64,000 nucleotides of DNA, from the NCBI GenBank assembly GCA_963827685.1, contig CAWHBU010000009.1:3357-67356 (forward strand), written 5' to 3'. Source of the stretch: an uncultured delta proteobacterium. Lineage in GTDB: Bacteria > Desulfobacterota > BSN033 > UBA1163. The translations under genes were made by a program, and so were the position numbers. Every line of letters starts with the position of its first letter. The stretch's first letter is position 1. Shown in pieces: positions 25,471 to 33,923 of this stretch. Under the pieces are notes generated by a model. The model saw only the letters and a program-made list of their open reading frames with translations. It was not told the DNA's origin and did no database searches.

Positions 25471-25713
25471 ATGAACCACGACAAAGACAAAATAGATGAA
25501 TATACCTTAGCACTTCTCTACCTGGTGGCCCATCAAAGAGATGAGGGATTTGGCGCAAGGGCATGGAAGGGATTTGATTGGGATACTATGAATAGGCTTC
25601 ACGAGAAAGGATACATATCGAATCCCATAGGAAAAGCAAAATCGGTTGGAATGACTGAGGAGGGTTTTCTGAAGGCAAAGGAACTATTTGAACGACATTT
25701 TACTAAAGAATGA
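25471..25713 (+). CDS. DUF6429 family protein
   Basis: I chose the start MNHDKDKIDEYTLALLYLVAH..., with GGAGAAAG upstream. RAWKGFDWDTMNRLHEKGYISNPIGKAKSVGMTEEGF matches the family signature as I recall it. Confidence 0.6.
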   Translation: MNHDKDKIDEYTLALLYLVAHQRDEGFGARAWKGFDWDTMNRLHEKGYISNPIGKAKSVGMTEEGFLKAKELFERHFTKE

Positions 25714-25748
25714 AATGGTCTTCTTTTAGAAATCCCGCACCGGGTTTC

Positions 25749-26801
25749 CTAAAGAACAAGGGACTTTCTGTGGATTGAAACTTCTCCTCCTTGCGTTTGA
25801 AGTCCGAGGGTGCCTCTTGGCAATTCCTGTCTTCCATTGATTAAGATCTCGCTGAGTTTGAAATGCTTTTTCAGTCTTAAGATATTTTCATTCTTCTGGC
25901 CCCTTAGATTTGAAATCTCTTTGGGGTGGCAGAAGAATAGGGCTTGGCCATTTTTCTGAGAAATCTGGAGAAGAGACGTAGCCATGTCAAAAAAGATCGC
26001 TGAATGGATAAGCTGATGAAGAGCAGGATGATAGGGTCCTGCGAGAAAATTCCTTTCCAACTCCTTGGTGGGCTGAAGGCCGATGCGAGCGACTGGAATA
26101 AAGGAGTTTTCCAATTTGAGAATGCCTTTCTTAAGCCATTGAACGGCCTCATCTAATTGCAAAGGGGAATACCTACCCTCCCTCCAGAGAATCTCAAGGG
26201 GAGCGCCTTCGAGGACCAGTGTAGGATGGATTCTCACAAAATCGGGTTTGAGCTGGACGACTCGATCAAGGGTTTGGAGAAAAAGATCGCAAGTATCACC
26301 CGGAAGGCCGATCATCAACTGAAGCCCCACCTCGAACCCCCAACGTCTTAGTCGTGAAGTGGCAGAAACGGTGTCCTCCGCACAATGCCCTCTTTTTGAA
26401 AGGAAAAGGACTTCATCAATCATCGATTGCACCCCAATTTCTACGGTCTTCACCCCATATTCTTTGAGCAGGGGGAGAATCTCTTCATCCAAGGCATCGG
26501 GTCGGGTGGAGATGCGAATGGAATCGATCAGACCGGAAGCGAGGAAGGGTTGAACTTCTTTCAGATAACGAACTTGATCATCCCTGTGGATCGCTGTGAA
26601 ACTCCCGCCATAAAAAGCAACCTGTTTTTCCCTGTTTTTCTTATCGTATGGAATTTCAGCAAGAGAGGCTTCGATAAAGTTTCTGACGGATGAAGGGGAG
26701 GAAAGTCCTTCGGCTGCTGTCTTCTGATTACAGAAGAGGCATTGCTCTCGGCAACCCATACTCGGAAGAAAGACAGGAATAATGAGTGGGCTTAAAGCCA
26801 T
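25749..26801 (-). CDS. ELP3-like radical SAM protein without an acetyltransferase domain
   Basis: 350 aa. The N-terminus IIPVFLPSMGCREQCLFCNQ carries CX3CX2C, and the protein has a TIM-barrel radical SAM core. Confidence 0.7.
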   Translation of the reverse strand: MALSPLIIPVFLPSMGCREQCLFCNQKTAAEGLSSPSSVRNFIEASLAEIPYDKKNREKQVAFYGGSFTAIHRDDQVRYLKEVQPFLASGLIDSIRISTRPDALDEEILPLLKEYGVKTVEIGVQSMIDEVLFLSKRGHCAEDTVSATSRLRRWGFEVGLQLMIGLPGDTCDLFLQTLDRVVQLKPDFVRIHPTLVLEGAPLEILWREGRYSPLQLDEAVQWLKKGILKLENSFIPVARIGLQPTKELERNFLAGPYHPALHQLIHSAIFFDMATSLLQISQKNGQALFFCHPKEISNLRGQKNENILRLKKHFKLSEILINGRQELPRGTLGLQTQGGEVSIHRKSLVL

Positions 26802-26828
26802 ATCTCTTCATCCAGAGTTATCAGAACT

Positions 26829-26930
26829 AAATTCCAAATTACAAATTCCAAAATCCAAATAAATTCCAAGCTCCAAATCCAAATGACCCAAACGATCTTG
26901 TTCAAAATTTGGAATTTTGATCATTGGTAT
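26829..26930. repeat. AT-rich palindromic repeat element, AAATTCCAAA family, copy A
   Basis: Several AAATTCCAA(A/T)/CCAAAT words sit on the left arm, and TTTGGAATTT (26908-26917) on the right arm. It contains AAATGACCCAAACGATCTTGTTC, which is shared with copy B. Confidence 0.8.
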
Positions 26931-26950
26931 TGCCTAGAAAACAGCTTTCA

Positions 26951-26995
26951 AATCCCCCCAACCCCCCTTTGCTAAAGGGGGGGCGAGGGGGGATT
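26951..26995. repeat. GC-rich nested REP-like hairpin
   Basis: AATCCCCCC...[CCCCCCTTT GCT AAAGGGGGG]...GGGGGGATT. This is the sequence class that produces spurious PPFAKGG-type ORFs. Confidence 0.7.
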
Positions 26996-27068
26996 AGCGA
27001 TTCTCATCGTTCGAGGGTGACGCATCCGTCATGAAAGATTGCCGAGAAAATAAACTAATACAAACGCA

Positions 27069-27539
27069 TTAAGTAATGTTACATAGCCTACGAATCTTTT
27101 GACAAGACCATGAGCGAGTTGTTTTACAAACGACAGACCAAAGATTATCAAGGTTTTCAAACCAACGGTTGGTGGTGGATTCATAGCGAACACTGCGCCA
27201 AATCCGTTCTTGCACGTTTAATCCCGGTTGATACGGGGGTAAATATTCGATATGGAGCCTCGGATGTTTTTTAAGAAATTGTTCGATGGGATCGCCTCTG
27301 TGCCAGCGGGCCCTGTCGACATAAAGCCAAATGGTATATCCTTTAAGCCTTCCATAGAGGTGGCGCAAAAGTTTGAGAAACCCTTCTCTATCCCCCCGTT
27401 TTGTCTGAATCATGCCATAGCGTCCAAGCAAAGGATTGACCCACCCAGAGATATTCAAACGGATACGATGCTGGCTGGTCGTGGGAATCTTAAGACGCTT
27501 TCCTTTCTTCGCCCAGCCCCGGCTAAGCCTGGGGTGCAT
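27069..27539 (-). CDS. IS630 transposase, DDE catalytic part (orfB frame)
   Basis: The frame upstream of the listed Met reads LESLGPKETIVFQDETGFTMHPRLSRGWAKKG..., which contains the first catalytic D. The C-terminal DDE region follows: YVDRARWHRG...LPPYQPGLNVQERIW. Confidence 0.75.
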   Translation of the reverse strand: MHPRLSRGWAKKGKRLKIPTTSQHRIRLNISGWVNPLLGRYGMIQTKRGDREGFLKLLRHLYGRLKGYTIWLYVDRARWHRGDPIEQFLKKHPRLHIEYLPPYQPGLNVQERIWRSVRYESTTNRWFENLDNLWSVVCKTTRSWSCQKIRRLCNIT

Positions 27540-27591
27540 CGTAAAGCCTGTCTCATCCTGGAATACAATTGTCTCTTTTGGCCCCAGGGAC

Positions 27592-28113
27592 TCAAGTTTT
27601 TTTTAAAGCCCGCTGGAACTTTCGGGCTTCTTGGCTTTGTGCTTGAAGATAAGAATAACTCGCTCTCTTTAACCGATAACCCAAATGATGCATCCAGCGT
27701 TGGGCTTGCCGCACCTTCAGGTTTATCCCGAAAGACCGTTTCAGATGAATCGCAACCGTTGGCCCATCCCATTGAGTCCGGTTTAAACCAAATTCCCGCG
27801 GAGACTTCTCTAAGTGTCCCTCCAGCACCCTTTGAATCTTTGTCTCTAACCGTGGAGGCCTTCCCGATCTTGGCTTGGATTTTAAGAACTCTAAGCCGTC
27901 TTTGTTCACCCCGTGAATCCATCGGCTTAAACTCATCCGGGTCAACCCTAACACCTCGGTTATCCATCCCGGACGTTGCCCTTCAAGCACCAGGAGTAAG
28001 GCGGCTATCTTTATGCCTATCCAAGCCCCTGGTATTTGTTCGGCTAATGCTAATAAATGCTCTTTATTGGCCTCTTTATGCTCTAAGATTAATGTGGGAT
28101 TTTTCATGCCCAC
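27592..28113 (-). CDS. IS630 transposase, N-terminal HTH part (orfA frame)
   Basis: 173 aa with HTH/winged-helix segments (LTRMSLSRWIHGVNKDGLEFL...RSGRPPRL). It ends ALKKT* inside an A8 run, which is T8 at 27597-27604 on the plus strand. Confidence 0.75.
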   Translation of the reverse strand: MGMKNPTLILEHKEANKEHLLALAEQIPGAWIGIKIAALLLVLEGQRPGWITEVLGLTRMSLSRWIHGVNKDGLEFLKSKPRSGRPPRLETKIQRVLEGHLEKSPREFGLNRTQWDGPTVAIHLKRSFGINLKVRQAQRWMHHLGYRLKRASYSYLQAQSQEARKFQRALKKT

Positions 28114-28129
28114 ATATTAACATAAGTAA

Positions 28130-28650
28130 AGAACCCCGCAGCAGAGCTGCGGGGCATTAAAATTCAAAACTTAATTGCTCCTGTTGCTGATACTTTATAT
28201 AGCGACGTATGACTTCAGAGGTAACTTTGTCTCCAACAGACCGAACAAAATACCCATCACTCCAAAACTCTCCACCCCAAAGCTCTTTCTTCACCTCTGG
28301 AAACTGCTTGAACACCATTTTCGCCGAGATACTCTTTATGATCTGCACAATCTCTGCCGGACAATACCGAGGAGGGGCAGACAAAAATAAATGAACATGA
28401 TCATCCTTTACCTCCATCGTATCTATCTCAAACTCGTACCTCTCCGATATTTGCTCAAAACTCATCTTAAGCCTTTTTGCCAACTCACCTCCCAATATCA
28501 TCTTCCGATATTTGGGAACCCATACCATATGATATTTCAAATCGTAGACCGCATGGCTTGTTCTTTTTATCGAGCTCATGCAGTACTTATACCATGTCTT
28601 ATCGCTTCGCGAACCTGTTTTCATCCGCCCAGCAGAGCTGGGCGGTATTC
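28130..28650 (-). mobile_element. IS200/IS605-family element (tnpA only) nested in the IS630 5' region. Boundaries are approximate.
   Basis: Subterminal hairpins CCCCGCAGCAGAGCTGCGGGG (28134-28154) and CCGCCCAGCAGAGCTGGGCGG (28625-28645) flank a Y1 transposase gene. Confidence 0.65.
28157..28579 (-). CDS. tnpA: IS200/IS605 family Y1 (HUH) transposase
   Basis: I chose the start MSSIKRTSHAVYDLKYHMVWVPKYRK. The HUH motif is DHVHLFLS and the catalytic Tyr region is RRYIKYQ. Confidence 0.85.
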   Translation of the reverse strand: MSSIKRTSHAVYDLKYHMVWVPKYRKMILGGELAKRLKMSFEQISERYEFEIDTMEVKDDHVHLFLSAPPRYCPAEIVQIIKSISAKMVFKQFPEVKKELWGGEFWSDGYFVRSVGDKVTSEVIRRYIKYQQQEQLSFEF

Positions 28651-28705
28651 AACAGGTATTTTTTATAAACTGTTATGTCACTTTATTTAGGACGTTTGTA
28701 TTAAT

Positions 28706-28950
28706 TACCCCCTCTCCCCAGGCGCCTGCCTGCGCGTAGCCGCTTCGGCGAAGGCAGGGGAGAGGACGGGGGTGAGGGGGAGCATACCAGGTCCACCCCC
28801 ACCCACACCCTCCCCCATCAAGGGGGAGGGAAAAGGTTCTATTTTCATGGTTTGTTCCTGCCTGCCGGCGGGCAGGGGGAATTATTTGTTATTTGGCCTG
28901 CCTGCGCGAAGCCGCTCCGGCGGAGGCAGGTGCTTGGGATTTGGTGCTTA
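28706..28950. repeat. Cluster of GC-rich REP-like hairpins plus one AT-rich repeat word
   Basis: Two copies of GCCTGCCTGCGCG(T/A)AGCCGCT(T/C)CGGCG(A/G)AGGCAGG lie at 28724-28757 and 28896-28930. Also present are CCCTCCCCC-ATCAA-GGGGGAGGG (28808-28830), CCTGCCTGCCGGCGGGCAGG (28857-28876) and TTGGGATTTGGTGCTT (28934-28949). Confidence 0.8.
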
Positions 28951-29644
28951 TTTCTTTAAGAGCATTTCTGGCTGCTTCCTGCTCTGCCTCTTTTTTGCTT
29001 CTTCCCCATCCCATTCCTTTTACTTCATCCCCGATCGTGACGGATGCCTGGAACCTCTTATCATGATCTGGTCCAGACTCATTCATCACTCGATACTGGG
29101 GAGACACTCCATGAGACTGTTGGGAATATATTTGCAGAAGGCTCTTATAATCATCAAAGACCACAGACGGAGTTTTGGTCTGAAGATAAGGTTCGAAATG
29201 TTCTTGAATGATCTCCAAGGTCCGATTGAATCCTGAATCCATGAAGATCGCTCCGATCAAGGCTTCGTAGGTATTGGCCAAGATGGAGGATTTCTGCATC
29301 CCTCCGTTTGACTGCTGGCTTTTTCCGAGGAGAAGATAGCCTTCTAACTGAAGGTCTTTAGAGAGGGATGCCAGGGAACTCCTCTTCACCAGTTGAGATC
29401 TCATCATGGAAAGGGTTCCTTCTTGGGCGTCGGGAAATTTGTGAAGGAGAAGGGTGCTGACCGCAAGATTGAGGACCGAATCTCCGAGAAATTCTAAAAC
29501 CTCATTGGCACCTTTTTCAGGCTGATTGGTTTCATAGATGAAGGACTTATGCGTGAGGGCCTGATCGAGCCATTTGATCTCTTTGAACCGATGATCCAGA
29601 CGGTCTTCCAATTCTTTTAGAGAAACCAACCTCTCTTCGTCCAC
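28889..29644 (-). CDS. rnc: Ribonuclease III
   Basis: 251 aa. The RNase III signature is NEVLEFLGDSVLNLAV and a C-terminal dsRBD is present (GPDHDKRFQASVTIGDE...GRSKKEAEQEAARNAL). The last roughly 20 codons are encoded by repeat DNA. Confidence 0.9.
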   Translation of the reverse strand: MDEERLVSLKELEDRLDHRFKEIKWLDQALTHKSFIYETNQPEKGANEVLEFLGDSVLNLAVSTLLLHKFPDAQEGTLSMMRSQLVKRSSLASLSKDLQLEGYLLLGKSQQSNGGMQKSSILANTYEALIGAIFMDSGFNRTLEIIQEHFEPYLQTKTPSVVFDDYKSLLQIYSQQSHGVSPQYRVMNESGPDHDKRFQASVTIGDEVKGMGWGRSKKEAEQEAARNALKEISTKSQAPASAGAASRRQAK

Positions 29645-29645
29645 G

Positions 29646-30974
29646 CTATCTCCCCACCACTTTTCCGATCACACCCTTTTCAGCCAAGCCGGTCACCCTG
29701 ACGGTCCATTCCCGATTGACCCGATCCTGATGATCTTTCGTTCCGTTTTTATTGACGAGCAGAACAGGGATGTAGTTCCGGGAAAGACCTTTCCATCTGC
29801 CGGTCACTTTTTCTTTGCGGTCTTCTACCAGGACGCTCAGCTCCTGATTGAGAAACTGGCGGTAGAAAGCCTGGCGTTTCTGTTTTCCCAATTCCCTCAT
29901 CGTCTCAGCCCTTTTTTTGGTCTCTTTCTCATCCACCCTCTGAGGAAATTGGAATGCAGGGGTTCCCTTTCTCCTTGAAAAGGGGAAAACATGGAGATAA
30001 GAGAACGGCAGAGATTCGACGAATCCGTAGGTATGCTTAAATTTCTCTTCCGTCTCCCCTGGAAATCCTACGATCACATCGGCTCCGACGGAGAGGTTTG
30101 GAATCCTCAGGTGCAGTTCCCGGATAAGATCAGAGAGAAAGGAACGGTCATACTCTCTATTCATCTTTTTCAGTATCTCGTCGTCTCCACTCTGGATAGA
30201 GATGTGAAGATGAGGACAGATCTTGTTTGATTGTGAAAGGGTTGAGATAAGTTCCGGTGAGAAATCTCCCGGCTCGATGGAGCTTAGCCGGATTCGATCA
30301 GGTGTCTCCTCTTTCTCCAGTTGTCTGATTAACTTTTCCAAAGGAAAGGGGGGATTGAGGTCCAAGCCATAAGCGCCCAGGTGGATGCCGGTGAGGACGA
30401 CTTCTTTAAATCCCTTCTCTTTCAATAGCTTCAAATTTTCAACCACCCTTTCGGGCTGAAGGCTCCTCGATCGACCCCTGGCATGAGGAACAATGCAATA
30501 AGTGCAATCAGCATTGCAGCCATCCTGAATCTTTAGGAAGGCACGGGTATGACGGTGAAAAGAATGAAGAGGGGTTTCTGAAAAGTGCCTTTCCTTCTGA
30601 ATATCCCCAACCTGGACCTTTTGGAATTTGCCTTTTTGCATCAAGGGAAGAAAGTCAGGAATCTGGTTCTTTTCTCTATTTCCCAAGAGATAATGTACAC
30701 CTTGCATCTTCAAAAAAGCATCTGGTTCCACCTGCGGATAACATCCGGTCACGATGATCAGAGAGTTCGGATTGGACCGGAGGGCCCTTCGAACCGTCTG
30801 TCTCGATTGAAAATCAGCTCGGTGGGTGACCGTACAAGTATTGATGACGGTAATGTCCGCACCTTCTTCAAAGGGGACGAGAGCATACCCTCTCTGTTCC
30901 AAGGCGTCCATGAGGGCCTCAGACTCGAATTGGTTCACTTTACAACCCAGTGTGGCAACAGAAACAGTGGTCAT
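29646..30974 (-). CDS. mtaB: MiaB-like tRNA methylthiotransferase, MtaB-type
   Basis: 442 aa. UPF0004 N-terminal domain (VSVATLGCKVNQFESE), radical SAM CNADCTYC, and a C-terminal TRAM-like domain. Confidence 0.8.
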   Translation of the reverse strand: MTTVSVATLGCKVNQFESEALMDALEQRGYALVPFEEGADITVINTCTVTHRADFQSRQTVRRALRSNPNSLIIVTGCYPQVEPDAFLKMQGVHYLLGNREKNQIPDFLPLMQKGKFQKVQVGDIQKERHFSETPLHSFHRHTRAFLKIQDGCNADCTYCIVPHARGRSRSLQPERVVENLKLLKEKGFKEVVLTGIHLGAYGLDLNPPFPLEKLIRQLEKEETPDRIRLSSIEPGDFSPELISTLSQSNKICPHLHISIQSGDDEILKKMNREYDRSFLSDLIRELHLRIPNLSVGADVIVGFPGETEEKFKHTYGFVESLPFSYLHVFPFSRRKGTPAFQFPQRVDEKETKKRAETMRELGKQKRQAFYRQFLNQELSVLVEDRKEKVTGRWKGLSRNYIPVLLVNKNGTKDHQDRVNREWTVRVTGLAEKGVIGKVVGR

Positions 30975-31038
30975 AGCGTCTCATTATTATCTTGGTCGCA
31001 CAATTTAAGGGTCCTGTAATTCAAAAGTCTATCAGAGT

Positions 31039-31192
31039 AAATTCCAAATCCCAATCTAAAATGACCAAAACGATCTTGCTCAGCGGAACATGTCTGCACA
31101 ATCAATAAATTATTTGATAGACAGGTTACGAATGGTTTTGAATTTTGTAAATTGGAATTTGTTTGTAATTTGGTGCTTGCCATTTGGTGCTT
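31039..31192. repeat. AT-rich palindromic repeat element, AAATTCCAAA family, copy B
   Basis: AAATTCCAAAT (31039-31049) pairs with ATTGGAATTT (31151-31160). It shares AAATGACCAAAACGATCTTGCTC with copy A (2 mismatches in 23). The right end has (C)CATTTGGTGCTT words. Confidence 0.8.
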
Positions 31193-31244
31193 TTGCTAAG
31201 TACTTAAGACTGTAGCAAGGTCCAATTTGACAACAATCGCAAGT

Positions 31245-31976
31245 TCAAGGCATCCCAAGTTGGGCCAGTTTAATCTCTCCCCAAACACCCATCTTTTCCT
31301 CAACGACGATGAGCATCCCCAATACCCCCGCGATGTCCCTTCCTCTTTCAAGACCCAGTTCGATATCTTTTTTTCCCTTTACAACATTCCCGACAGCCGT
31401 CGCTGCTGCATCGGCAAGGGCGGAAGATTTCGCAAGAATGCAGACAGCATCTGCTTTTCCCAAGCTGAGGGAAGGGCCAACCCTTCCTGAAGAGGTGCAG
31501 ACACCGAGAGGGGTCTCTTCGGGTGAGATCACAATCCCTATTTTAAGGCTGAGAGGAGAATCGCCTGCATAGATTCCGATGGTCCGCTCTTTGGAAGTGG
31601 CGAGATAGATATCCCCACCATTTTCAACGATCACCTCTTTTGAAAGTTTGAGCAGGTCTTTTGAAACCGATTCGGCCATGGCTCCGGCCACCGCAGCCAT
31701 TGGGCCGACGTGGGCCAATTGAGAAGTCCGAATCATTTCCCGGACGATCTCCAGAGCATAGGCGTCCTCTGCGAGAGGGACAAGGCTTTTTTGGAATTCA
31801 GGGTTCATCGCGATGTAGGTTTCAAGTTGGTGACGGTATTTTAATACCGATTCTCTGGTCTCTTTGGAAAAATCTCTCTCTGCCCGGACGAGGAGATCGG
31901 TTTCCTTAACAATGACTTCAAATTTAACAAGGTCATCGGTTTTTACCAAATTCCGGTAGGTCCTTTTTTCGTACAT
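31245..31976 (-). CDS. UPF0280 family protein (ApbE-like fold)
   Basis: 243 aa. The N-terminus MYEKRTYRNLVKTDDLVKFEVIVKETDLLVRA matches the UPF0280 family as I recall it. Confidence 0.6.
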   Translation of the reverse strand: MYEKRTYRNLVKTDDLVKFEVIVKETDLLVRAERDFSKETRESVLKYRHQLETYIAMNPEFQKSLVPLAEDAYALEIVREMIRTSQLAHVGPMAAVAGAMAESVSKDLLKLSKEVIVENGGDIYLATSKERTIGIYAGDSPLSLKIGIVISPEETPLGVCTSSGRVGPSLSLGKADAVCILAKSSALADAAATAVGNVVKGKKDIELGLERGRDIAGVLGMLIVVEEKMGVWGEIKLAQLGMP

Positions 31977-31977
31977 T

Positions 31978-32388
31978 CTAGTGTCTTAAAATCTCTTCCA
32001 TGGATAATATCTGGATATCTTCTATCTTAGAGAAATGGGCCACATTCTTAGTATAGAGAGGTAGGGCATTGGCAACGCAGATGGCCGCAATGAGAATATC
32101 GTGGGTTCCGATCAATTGGCCATTCGATTTTAATTGGGTATAAATCTTGCCCGCGATCACTGCTTCAATGACATCCAGAGGTAAAATGGTCACACCTTGA
32201 ATCAAAGTTTCTATTTGGCTCAGCCTTCTCTTTCTCTCTATCCCAGCATATAATTCAAACACAGATATAGAAGTTAATGCTACCTCCTGCCTGGAAATCA
32301 ACGTTAACATAACTCCTGCTCCGGGAGAAATGCCATTGAAGAAATCTATGACGACATCTGTATCTACAACAATCAGCCGATTTTCCAA
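31978..32388 (-). CDS. vapC: PIN-domain toxin VapC
   Basis: 136 aa: LIVVDTDVVIDFF...D at the N-terminus, with conserved acidic residues. Confidence 0.8.
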   Translation of the reverse strand: MENRLIVVDTDVVIDFFNGISPGAGVMLTLISRQEVALTSISVFELYAGIERKRRLSQIETLIQGVTILPLDVIEAVIAGKIYTQLKSNGQLIGTHDILIAAICVANALPLYTKNVAHFSKIEDIQILSMEEILRH

Positions 32389-32618
32389 TTTCGCCTTATC
32401 TCCTCTATCCGCTTTCTAAAGTTTTTAGCTTCCTCCTCGCTCCAAGTTCCCTTCATCTTCAAAAGCTCTCTAATGCGGTCTCCCTTTTTTACTTTTTCTT
32501 TTATATAAAAATCAATCGCTTCCTGTATCAGCTTCGAATAGCCTCGAAGCCCTCTTCTGGCCGCCAAAGAATGCAATGCGCTTCGGTGATCATCAGACAA
32601 TTCAATCGTCGTTCTCAT
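32373..32618 (-). CDS. vapB: RHH/CopG-type antitoxin VapB
   Basis: 81 aa: MRTTIELSDDHRSALHSLAARRGLRGYSKLIQEAIDFYI. It overlaps vapC by 16 nt. Confidence 0.7.
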   Translation of the reverse strand: MRTTIELSDDHRSALHSLAARRGLRGYSKLIQEAIDFYIKEKVKKGDRIRELLKMKGTWSEEEAKNFRKRIEEIRRNWKIG

Positions 32619-32851
32619 TCTTTTTCCTCCTTGTTCATTCTAAAACATTATAATACTTAAATGCATTTTATGTCAAAAGAATGTTTATTGGCCCTCATAG
32701 CACGATTCAAGGGTCTGCGACGAGCTCAGTCAAGGCGGTCGGGGGGGTCGAGGATTGAAGTGAGATGTTTTTAGAAAAAAAGAACATAGAACCATAGAAT
32801 CCCGGAGTCCTTTTTATGAACTAAAAGGGAAAAGTAGCTGTGTTTGATTTC

Positions 32852-32879
32852 TTGCAATTTGATACGTAGAGGATATAAT
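32852..32879 (+). promoter_or_regulatory. Candidate promoter (TTGCAA, 16-nt spacer, TATAAT) giving a leaderless mRNA
   Basis: The -10 at 32874-32879 ends 7 nt before the ATG at 32887. There is no Shine-Dalgarno sequence. Confidence 0.45.
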
Positions 32880-32886
32880 TTTCAAT

Positions 32887-33402
32887 ATGAACCAAGATAT
32901 TGTTCCGGCAGACAAAGAATTTAGAAAAAGATTTATTATCTTTCTTGTGCTGATCGTAATCGTTTTCGTCGTCACAATACTCTCCATGAAAAGTTATCTG
33001 GATCAGATGGAGCACCTATCACGAGTGAATCCGGATCTGGCCATGAAGAAAGTAATGGTTTTGCTTAAATTGTGGCTGGGATTAGGTTCTTTACCCATAT
33101 TGGGTTTTGGGGTTTATCAAATCCTCCTGGCAAGGAGGATCCTAAAATCAGGCCAATTTCCACCGCCACGGATGAAAGTGATAAGGGATACGAAAATTCA
33201 AACCGGAGCCAAAGCCAAAAAGATAGCTATCTCTCTCATCGTCCTTTCATCTATTATAGTTGTCCTTGCACTTTTCCTTGTATATTGGCCATACGCCTTT
33301 GAAAAAACATTATTGAAGAAGCGTTCTGATGTAAAAAGGAACCTCTCAGAGAAGGAAATAGGGGTAACAGCATTGGATAAGAAAGGAGGTGAAACAAAAT
33401 GA
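32887..33402 (+). CDS. Membrane protein of unknown function, 3 predicted TM helices
   Basis: 171-aa ORF with hydrophobic segments FIIFLVLIVIVFVVTILS, LWLGLGSLPILGFGVYQILL and IAISLIVLSSIIVVLALFLVY. An ATGA overlap links it to the downstream cytochrome c gene. Confidence 0.55.
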   Translation: MNQDIVPADKEFRKRFIIFLVLIVIVFVVTILSMKSYLDQMEHLSRVNPDLAMKKVMVLLKLWLGLGSLPILGFGVYQILLARRILKSGQFPPPRMKVIRDTKIQTGAKAKKIAISLIVLSSIIVVLALFLVYWPYAFEKTLLKKRSDVKRNLSEKEIGVTALDKKGGETK

Positions 33403-33740
33403 AGGGTTTGAAAATAACCATGGTTTCCGTGATCTCTGTAAGCCTCATCTTTTCTTTAGTCATCGCAGCCGGCGATATGGAGAAGGGAAAAGCCCTTTTT
33501 AAGAATCCCAAGTTCGGTGGAAGCACTGTCGGGATGTCTTGCAACTCATGCCATCCAGATGGAAAAGGGTTGGAGAAAGCTGCTGACAGGAAGGACCTTG
33601 AGAAGTTTGTCAATGCCTGTATCAAGAATGCGCTGAAAGGCAAGGGAATCGATCCAAAGTCCGATGAGATGGCAGACATCGTTGCCTACCTTAAGTCTCT
33701 GAAGGGAAAAACTCCTGTAGCGGGAACTCCGGGAAAATAG
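33399..33740 (+). CDS. Monoheme c-type cytochrome, secreted
   Basis: 113 aa with a signal peptide and a single CNSCH heme-binding motif. Confidence 0.75.
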   Translation: MKGLKITMVSVISVSLIFSLVIAAGDMEKGKALFKNPKFGGSTVGMSCNSCHPDGKGLEKAADRKDLEKFVNACIKNALKGKGIDPKSDEMADIVAYLKSLKGKTPVAGTPGK

Positions 33741-33923
33741 ATTGTGATGACGCAGGATCATTCTGAAAGAACCGCAGGGTGCGCTGTGGTGACGATTGGC
33801 CACTCCGCGCGCACCCTGGAGACTTTCATCCCCCTTTGTCTTCCCGGTCTTTTCTTGCATAGACAAGACCTTCCCAGGAAAGGCATTGATACAGAGGGGA
33901 GGGAATCGGGGACGCTTCCTCCC

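Larger units (their letters stand above)
27058..28701 (-). mobile_element. IS630-family element carrying a nested IS200/IS605 insertion
   Basis: The imperfect terminal inverted repeats start ATACAAACG (27058-27066) and end CGTTTGTAT (28693-28701), with further partial matches inward. TA lies on both sides (27056-57 and 28702-03), as expected for IS630/Tc1 target duplication. The length minus the nested element is about 1.1 kb. Confidence 0.7.

Noticed and set aside
26829-26930. Possibility that the AAATTCCAAA repeats are a CRISPR array
   Set aside because: There is no constant-length direct repeat separated by unique spacers of regular size. The words are short, degenerate and arranged as inverted arms. 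No cas genes are in the window.
27252-28160. 302-aa plus-strand ORF, and a 170-aa minus-strand ORF at 27455-27967, overlapping the IS630 transposase
   Set aside because: Both lie in alternative frames of a region whose minus-strand frames clearly encode IS630 HTH and DDE domains. Their translations are Pro/Ser/Leu-rich with no recognisable motif, so they are shadow ORFs.
33744-33830. Possible DUF488 N-terminal remnant (VVTIGHSARTLETFI) between the cytochrome c gene and the glycosyltransferase gene
   Set aside because: Only about 15 residues resemble the TIGHS...F motif, and similarity stops immediately. The region also forms the inverted repeat CAGGGTGCGC/GCGCACCCTG, which probably acts as a terminator. 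The evidence for a pseudogene call is insufficient.
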